Part shown: positions 58,593-64,000 of the stretch, piece after piece
Layout: each line of letters begins with the position of its first letter
How positions within the stretch are numbered: the first letter of the stretch is position 1
Source: Candidatus Omnitrophota bacterium
GTDB taxonomy: Bacteria > Omnitrophota > Gorgyraeia > 2-01-FULL-45-10
NCBI GenBank assembly: GCA_020057115.1
Contig: JAGVGJ010000002.1
Span: 857-64,856 of the forward strand
Direction of reading: 5' to 3'
Length of the DNA: 64,000 nt
Made by a program: the position numbers and the translations under genes
The notes under the pieces: generated by a model
Told to the model about the DNA's origin: nothing
The model's database searches: none
Seen by the model: the letters and a program-made list of their open reading frames with translations, nothing else

Positions 58593-59761
58593 AAGAATGG
58601 AAGAAATTTCTTTATGTTGTCGCGATATTCTTAGGTTGTTTCTATCTGCCTGTCGAAAACCTGCGGTTCTCCAATGCTATCTTTGAGGCGCTTGCCCTCG
58701 TAAAGTGGTATGCCCGGGAGCATGTATTATTATGCCTTGTCCCGGCATTTTTTATTGCCGGAGCCATATCCGTATTTGTAAGCCAGGCGTCGATCATAAA
58801 ATATTTCGGCGCCAAGGCGAACAAAGTCCTTTCTTACAGTGTTGCCTCCATATCCGGAACCATCCTGGCGGTCTGTTCCTGCACGGTTTTGCCTTTATTC
58901 TCCGGTATATATAAAAGAGGTGCCGGGCTTGGGCCTGCGATAGCTTTCCTTTATTCAGGACCTGCTATCAATGTCCTTGCCATCATCCTTACCGCGCGCA
59001 TCCTTGGCTGGCAGCTTGGACTGGCAAGGGCGATAGGCGCGATTGTATTTAGCGTAGTGATAGGGCTCGCCATGCACCTCATATTCTTAAAAGGGGAGAG
59101 GGAGCGTCATGTTAATGGCAACTTCGACATAGAAGATGTAAAAGAAGCGCGCCCTCTGGGTAAGACCGCCGCCTACTTCACATCCCTTGTCGCGATACTT
59201 GTATTTGCGAACTGGGGCAAGCCACTCGAAGGCGATCACGGTCTATGGAGCTTGATATATGCGCTTAAATGGTGGATCACAGGTTTTTCCTTCGCCGGCC
59301 TCATCATCATGCTGTTCAAATGGTTCAAAAAAGATGAATTAAAAGAGTGGGCCGCGGTTTCATGGGGATTTGCCTTACAGATACTGCCGCTTTTACTCGG
59401 CGGCGTACTCGTCTCCGGATTCCTGCTAGGCAGGGTCGGGCATGAAGGGATAATACCTTCAAGGTTCATTACGATGCTTGTCGGCGGAAACTCATTATGG
59501 GCGAACTTTTTCTCGTCGATCGTGGCGGCATTCATGTATTTTGCAACACTGACCGAAGTACCCATACTTCAAGGGCTGATGAACTCAGGTATGGGTAAAG
59601 GGCCTGCCTTAGCGCTTCTTCTTGCGGGGCCTGCGTTAAGCCTTCCAAGCATGCTGGTCCTCCGCAGTATCATTGGGACAAAAAAAACTGTCGTCTATGT
59701 AAGCCTGGTAATCATCATGGCTACGATCAGCGGGATGTTCTTTGGGTGGATCGTTAAATAA
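58589..59761 (+). CDS. DUF318 (YraQ-like) permease.
   Basis: CSCTVLPLF...GAGLGPAIAFLYSGPAINV is the DUF318 hallmark. About 10 TM helices. Confidence 0.6.
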   Translation: MKEWKKFLYVVAIFLGCFYLPVENLRFSNAIFEALALVKWYAREHVLLCLVPAFFIAGAISVFVSQASIIKYFGAKANKVLSYSVASISGTILAVCSCTVLPLFSGIYKRGAGLGPAIAFLYSGPAINVLAIILTARILGWQLGLARAIGAIVFSVVIGLAMHLIFLKGERERHVNGNFDIEDVKEARPLGKTAAYFTSLVAILVFANWGKPLEGDHGLWSLIYALKWWITGFSFAGLIIMLFKWFKKDELKEWAAVSWGFALQILPLLLGGVLVSGFLLGRVGHEGIIPSRFITMLVGGNSLWANFFSSIVAAFMYFATLTEVPILQGLMNSGMGKGPALALLLAGPALSLPSMLVLRSIIGTKKTVVYVSLVIIMATISGMFFGWIVK

Positions 59762-60548
59762 AACAGGGGAGCATATGAAGAAAAAAGAAAAAGTTATCAA
59801 ACAGCATGTAAAAGAAGGCTATGCAAAGATAGCGCTACAAGGAGGCTCGTGTTGTCCTGGATCATCTTGTTGCGGAAGCTCAAGCCTTGCTCAAGATATA
59901 AGCAAGGCCGTTGGCTACACCGACCGAGAGATGAAGACTGTTCCTGAAGGAGCCAATCTGGGCCTTGGCTGCGGAAACCCGGTCGCGATCGCTTCCTTAA
60001 AAGAAGGCGAAACGGTCCTTGATCTGGGCGCCGGCGCGGGGTTTGATGCATTTTTGGCTGCCGCCAAAGTAGGTAAAAGCGGGAAAGTGATCGGCGTAGA
60101 TATGACCCCCGAAATGATCGACCGTGCCAGAAAAAACGCCCTTAAAGCCGACTACGCCAATGTAGAATTTAAATTAGGCGATATAGAGAATTTGCCCATA
60201 GAAGATAATTCTATTGATGTGGTCATATCAAATTGCGTTATCAATCTTTCGCCTGACAAGAAACGAGCATTCAAGGAAGCATTCCGTGTCTTGAAGTCCG
60301 GTGGAAGGCTCATGGTGTCGGACCTGGTTCTTATGAAAGACTTACCTGATGTTACAAAGAGATCGATCGAGGCTTATGTGGGTTGCATTGCCGGCGCCTC
60401 CGGGAGAGAGGATTATATCAATTTTATCAAGGAAGCTGGTTTTAAAGATATAAAAATTATAAGCCAGGATAAATATCCTGTCGAAGCCGTGGCTGATACT
60501 TCGGCCGTGGTAAGCGTCAAGATATATGCTATTAAACCCGAGGATTAA
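59742..60548 (+). CDS. arsM: Arsenite S-adenosylmethionine methyltransferase.
   Basis: SAM motif VLDLGAGAGFD. Conserved Cys positions: N-terminal CC pairs, NCVINL, GCIAGA. Confidence 0.7.
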   Translation: MGGSLNKTGEHMKKKEKVIKQHVKEGYAKIALQGGSCCPGSSCCGSSSLAQDISKAVGYTDREMKTVPEGANLGLGCGNPVAIASLKEGETVLDLGAGAGFDAFLAAAKVGKSGKVIGVDMTPEMIDRARKNALKADYANVEFKLGDIENLPIEDNSIDVVISNCVINLSPDKKRAFKEAFRVLKSGGRLMVSDLVLMKDLPDVTKRSIEAYVGCIAGASGREDYINFIKEAGFKDIKIISQDKYPVEAVADTSAVVSVKIYAIKPED

Positions 60549-60557
60549 AGGAGATAT

Positions 60558-60794
60558 ATGAAAATTGAGATCCTGGGTATGGGATGCCCGAAATGCAAAA
60601 AGTTATATGAAAATGCTCAGACCGCTGCGAAAGAGCTGAATATCGCGGCAGATATCGTTAAAGTAGCTGACATCGACAAGATCACCGGATACGGCGTAAT
60701 GATGACGCCTGCCTTGGCTATTGACGGTACAGTTGTTTCATCTGGCAAATTGTTGAACAAAGACGAGATAATCAAGATCATCTCTAAGCGTTAA
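60558..60794 (+). CDS. Small thioredoxin-fold redox-active disulfide protein.
   Basis: 78 aa with a GCPKC CxxC motif. This type of protein commonly accompanies DUF318 permeases. Confidence 0.6.
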   Translation: MKIEILGMGCPKCKKLYENAQTAAKELNIAADIVKVADIDKITGYGVMMTPALAIDGTVVSSGKLLNKDEIIKIISKR

Positions 60795-60803
60795 GGAGCT
60801 CTT

Positions 60804-61238
60804 ATGCGTAAAAAACTTTTTACATTACTTTTATCGGTTCTGCTATTGTGCGGTTTCGCGCTGCCGGTGCGCTCAGGCCAAGGCGCAGACGCAAAACCCC
60901 AGAATAAGGTTATCGCCTATTATTTCCACGGCGATTTCCGATGCCCTACATGCTTCAAGATGGAGCAACACTCGAGGGGGGCTGTGGAAAAATATTTTAA
61001 AGATGAACTGGCTTCCGGGAAAGTAGTATTCAGCGCGGTAAATACGGACGAAAAAGCGAATAAGCATTTCGTGCGCGACTACGGACTTTATGCGAAATCC
61101 CTCATAATATCCCTGGTTAAGGACGGAAAGGAAGTCAGATCAAAGAACCTTACTAAGATATGGGAATATGCCTGGGATGAACGGGAATTCTACGATTATG
61201 TCAAAACGGAAGTTGAAAGCTATTTGAAAGAACTTTAA
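60804..61238 (+). CDS. Secreted CxxC (CPTC) thioredoxin-like protein.
   Basis: Signal peptide plus a CPTC motif. Confidence 0.4.
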   Translation: MRKKLFTLLLSVLLLCGFALPVRSGQGADAKPQNKVIAYYFHGDFRCPTCFKMEQHSRGAVEKYFKDELASGKVVFSAVNTDEKANKHFVRDYGLYAKSLIISLVKDGKEVRSKNLTKIWEYAWDEREFYDYVKTEVESYLKEL

Positions 61239-61924
61239 TGGATAATCTGCTGGTAGGCATCCTCTCCGCGCTATGGCTTGGCATATTGACGTCGATAAGC
61301 CCGTGCCCTTTAGCCACTAATATAGCCGCGATCTCATTTATATCAAAAAAGATAATTCACCCCAAAATGGTATTTATTTCAGGCCTTGCTTATACCCTAG
61401 GCAGGATGGCATCCTACGCGCTGTTAGGCTTTATCATCATAGGCTCGCTTTTAAGCGTACCGGCAGCAGCAAATTTCCTGCAGAAATACATGAACAAGGC
61501 GATAGGCCCTATGCTGATATTCACGGGTCTCTTCTTGCTGGACATTATTAAATTTAGCATACCTGCTTTTTCGCTCTCCGAAAGACATCATCATAAACTC
61601 GCCGAATCAGGTGCGGGCGGAGCATTTCTATTAGGACTGATATTCGCCCTGACCTTCTGCCCGATCTCAGCTGCGCTATTTTTTGGCAGCTTAATACCGC
61701 TTGCGCTTAATCATAAATTGGGGGCGATATTACCGTTTATATACGGTTTTGGAACAGGCTTACCGGTTTTGCTATTCGCCGTTTTGATAGCCCTTGGAGT
61801 GGCATCGCTTAAGCATTGGTTCCATCGCCTGACAAGACTGGAATATTACACGAAAAAGATCACTGGTGCTATCTTTATAGCGGTTGGAATATATTACATT
61901 TTCTCATATTTGATATATCTCTAG
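61238..61924 (+). CDS. DsbD/CcdA-like thiol-disulfide transfer membrane protein.
   Basis: SISPCPLATN motif in TM1. Six or seven TM helices. Confidence 0.4.
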   Translation: MDNLLVGILSALWLGILTSISPCPLATNIAAISFISKKIIHPKMVFISGLAYTLGRMASYALLGFIIIGSLLSVPAAANFLQKYMNKAIGPMLIFTGLFLLDIIKFSIPAFSLSERHHHKLAESGAGGAFLLGLIFALTFCPISAALFFGSLIPLALNHKLGAILPFIYGFGTGLPVLLFAVLIALGVASLKHWFHRLTRLEYYTKKITGAIFIAVGIYYIFSYLIYL

Positions 61925-61951
61925 TAGACCGGAAAGGAGCCGATCTGCCTT

Positions 61952-62116
61952 ATGGAAGAAGAGAAGGAAACTATTGCATTAAGCAAAGAACAGATATTTG
62001 AGCTTGTCCAGATAGTTTTTGATAATGACAAAGACGCTGCTTTAAAGTTCCTGGAGTATAATATATACAAACCTATTCAAAGACGAAAAGAAGCTAAATG
62101 TAAAAAAGAAGTTTAG
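61952..62116 (+). CDS. Small hypothetical ORF (54 aa) with an RBS.
   Basis: GGAAAGGAG RBS about 12 nt upstream. Not in the ORF track because of the length cutoff. No homology recognised. Confidence 0.25.
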   Translation: MEEEKETIALSKEQIFELVQIVFDNDKDAALKFLEYNIYKPIQRRKEAKCKKEV

Positions 62117-62138
62117 GAATAATTCAAGAGGTGGATAA

Positions 62139-63209
62139 ATGCAATATACCAAACACGAAGCATCGGAATTAAAACGTGAACTATCTTTATTGGACAAACT
62201 CCTTACGCCTCTTATATTCATTGCGATGGGGGTGGGAATAGCTTTAGGATATTTTGCCCCAGGCGCAACCAAGGTCATAGCTGACATGCAGGTCGGCACG
62301 ACCTCCATACCGATAGCCATCGGTCTTATCCTCATGATGTATCCGCCGCTCGCGAAGGTGAAATACGAAGAGATAGGGAAGGTATTCAATAAGCCGAAAC
62401 TGCTGATCCTTTCCCTTGTGCAGAACTGGATAGTCGGGCCCGTCGTAATGTTTATTCTGGCCATCATATTTCTTCGGCATTATCCTGAATATATGATAGG
62501 CGTTATCCTGGTGGGACTCGCCAGGTGTATCGCAATGGTCATAGTCTGGAATGAGCTTGCCGAAGGCGACAGGGAATTTGCCATAGGGCTCGTGGCATTT
62601 AACGCGGTATTTCAAGTCCTATTTTACGCGGCATACATCTATATATTCATCACAGTCGGACTTAACTGGCTAGGGCTGGTTAAAGGCCTGAACCTGAATA
62701 TTTCCATGGTCGAAGCCGCCAAGACCGTCTTTTTCTACTTAGGGATACCATTCCTTGCAGGAGTTATCACCCGCGTCAGCCTGATGAAGCTAAAAGGGAA
62801 GGTGTGGTATGAGGATATTTTCATCCCGAAGATAAGCCCGATCACGCTCATCGCGCTTTTATTTACCATCATCGTCATGTTCTCGCTTAAAGGGCAATAT
62901 ATCATACAGCAGCCTTTTGATGTCGTAAGGATCGCCATCCCGCTTGCCATATATTTCTTCCTGATGTGGTTCGCGACATTCTTCATCGCCAGAAAGATGG
63001 GTATTAATTATGCGCAGACAACCGCAACCTCCTTCACCGCGGCAAGCAATGATTTCGAGCTCGCGATAGCGGTCGCTGTCGCTATCTTCGGGATCAGCTC
63101 TAACCAGGCATTTGCGACTGTCGTCGGGCCGTTGATAGAAGTCCCGGCGCTCATCATTCTTGTAAACGTCGCTTTGAGATTCAAGAGGGGCGGCCTTTGG
63201 AAAAGATAA
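62139..63209 (+). CDS. acr3: Arsenite efflux transporter, ACR3 family.
   Basis: MMYPPLAKV and [13 protein letters not shown] motifs. Ten TM helices. Confidence 0.85.
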   Translation: MQYTKHEASELKRELSLLDKLLTPLIFIAMGVGIALGYFAPGATKVIADMQVGTTSIPIAIGLILMMYPPLAKVKYEEIGKVFNKPKLLILSLVQNWIVGPVVMFILAIIFLRHYPEYMIGVILVGLARCIAMVIVWNELAEGDREFAIGLVAFNAVFQVLFYAAYIYIFITVGLNWLGLVKGLNLNISMVEAAKTVFFYLGIPFLAGVITRVSLMKLKGKVWYEDIFIPKISPITLIALLFTIIVMFSLKGQYIIQQPFDVVRIAIPLAIYFFLMWFATFFIARKMGINYAQTTATSFTAASNDFELAIAVAVAIFGISSNQAFATVVGPLIEVPALIILVNVALRFKRGGLWKR

Positions 63210-63874
63210 TATTCTCATGGTCGAGCGGCAAGGATAGCGCGATGGCGCTATATGAGGCTAAGCAGAGCGGAAAGTATGCGATCGATTGCCTGCTTACGAC
63301 TGTCACGGAAGGATATGACAGAATAAGCATGCACGGCGTAAGACGAGAACTCCTTGAGGCGCAAGTAGAGTCGATAGGCCTGCCTCTTGAAAAGATATTC
63401 ATTTCCAAAAAGAGCTCAAGCGATGAATACGAGTCGAAGATGCGGGAATTCCTTGAAAGAAAGATCTCCGAAGGCGTGAAGGCAGTAGCATTCGGAGACA
63501 TATTCCTGGAGGACCTAAAAAAGTATCGCGAAGACAAACTCGCTCAGGTTAATATGAAGGCTCTATTCCCGATATGGAAAAGGGATACGACAGAGCTTGC
63601 AGGGAAGTTCATCGAGCTCGGCTTCAAGACGATAATAACTTGCGTGGATACAAAAGTCCTGGATAAGAGCTTTGCCGGCCGCCTCTATGATGAGTCCTTT
63701 CTAAAGGACCTTCCTAAGAATATAGATCCGTGCGGCGAAAATGGCGAATTCCATTCATTCTGTTTCAACGGCCAGATATTCGGCACGCCTATCAAGTTCA
63801 CAATAGGCGATTCGGTATTGCGCGACAATAGATTCCAATATCAGGACTTGATAGCACCCTCTCGGGATGGGTAA
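63197..63874 (+). CDS. PP-loop ATP pyrophosphatase of the MJ0570/Dph6-like (ATP_bind_4) family.
   Basis: SGKDS PP-loop at the N-terminus. Conserved [13 protein letters not shown]-terminal block. Confidence 0.65.
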   Translation: MEKIIFSWSSGKDSAMALYEAKQSGKYAIDCLLTTVTEGYDRISMHGVRRELLEAQVESIGLPLEKIFISKKSSSDEYESKMREFLERKISEGVKAVAFGDIFLEDLKKYREDKLAQVNMKALFPIWKRDTTELAGKFIELGFKTIITCVDTKVLDKSFAGRLYDESFLKDLPKNIDPCGENGEFHSFCFNGQIFGTPIKFTIGDSVLRDNRFQYQDLIAPSRDG

Positions 63875-63987
63875 GGTGTCTTTCCGCGAACATTCCATTC
63901 CCAGAGGGAATGTCATTCGGAAGGTCGCGATTTTCGTTGAAAAATCGCGACCTTCGATGTCGCTCCAAGACACCTTACCCATCCCTC
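63867..63987. repeat. 22-bp perfect inverted repeat (CTCGGGATGGGTAAGGTGTCTT / AAGACACCTTACCCATCCCTCGG) enclosing two internal hairpins.
   Basis: Inner hairpins CATTCCC/GGGAATG and AAGGTCGCGATTTTC/GAAAAATCGCGACCTT. The element reaches the window edge. Confidence 0.5.
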
Positions 63988-64000
63988 GGGGGCCCCAGTG

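Overview
This is a 64 kb, gene-dense bacterial chromosomal window with almost all genes on the + strand. The ORF architecture and motif matches put it in an uncultivated lineage; PilZ-rich genomes such as Omnitrophica or PVC-like bacteria are one guess, and no taxon can be proven from the sequence alone.

Gene content in order:
- TPR and secreted proteins, a ferredoxin-nitroreductase, and an alpha/beta hydrolase whose nucleophile-elbow serine is replaced by glycine.
- PgeF, then a CUT2-type sugar ABC transporter (binding protein, ATPase, permease).
- recN on the minus strand, then a secreted GH-A glycosidase.
- A 6 kb island with four stand-alone PilZ receptors interleaved with a flavin reductase, a HIT protein, hydrolases, panD, def and cspA.
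- A GatB/YqeY protein, an M23 peptidase, a pentapeptide-repeat protein fused to a 2-TM K+ channel, an orphan AmmeMemoRadiSam-type radical SAM enzyme, a GAF-ANTAR regulator, and a glutamine-dependent nadE.
- A nitrogen-assimilation block: a sigma-like protein, a porin-like outer-membrane protein, amt-glnK, a second amt-glnK, type III glutamine synthetase, a class I GATase, a Fis-type HTH protein, gltB-gltD and an NH3-dependent nadE. It ends with an unusual fusion of a degenerate KaiC-like domain to a PPDK_N ATP-grasp domain.
- kdpFABC, with kdpF apparently frameshifted, and a kinase-less KdpD.
- A complete F1Fo ATP synthase operon, atpZ-I-B-E-F-H-A-G-D-C, with a short epsilon subunit.
- A PPC/DUF296 protein and a second radical SAM enzyme.
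- A roughly 500 nt highly structured non-coding region.
- An arsenic and thiol-redox cluster with no ArsR: DUF134, DUF318 permease, ArsM, two thioredoxin-like proteins, a DsbD-like protein, Acr3 and a PP-loop ATPase.

The most interesting signal is non-coding. Each of the four nitrogen operon leaders carries an intrinsic terminator whose 5' arm overlaps the second of two small hairpins with hexaloops that have A at position 1 and G at position 4. This is the ANTAR antiterminator architecture, and the only ANTAR protein in the window is the GAF-ANTAR gene 8 kb upstream. Three of these leaders also share a bipartite box, GTTACCAAAW-N10-TTTACTTGTA, with identical spacing. I also found a 27-nt GC-rich heptad-repeat element in two to three copies, a palindromic MITE-like or ncRNA-like element, and nested inverted repeats at the window end.
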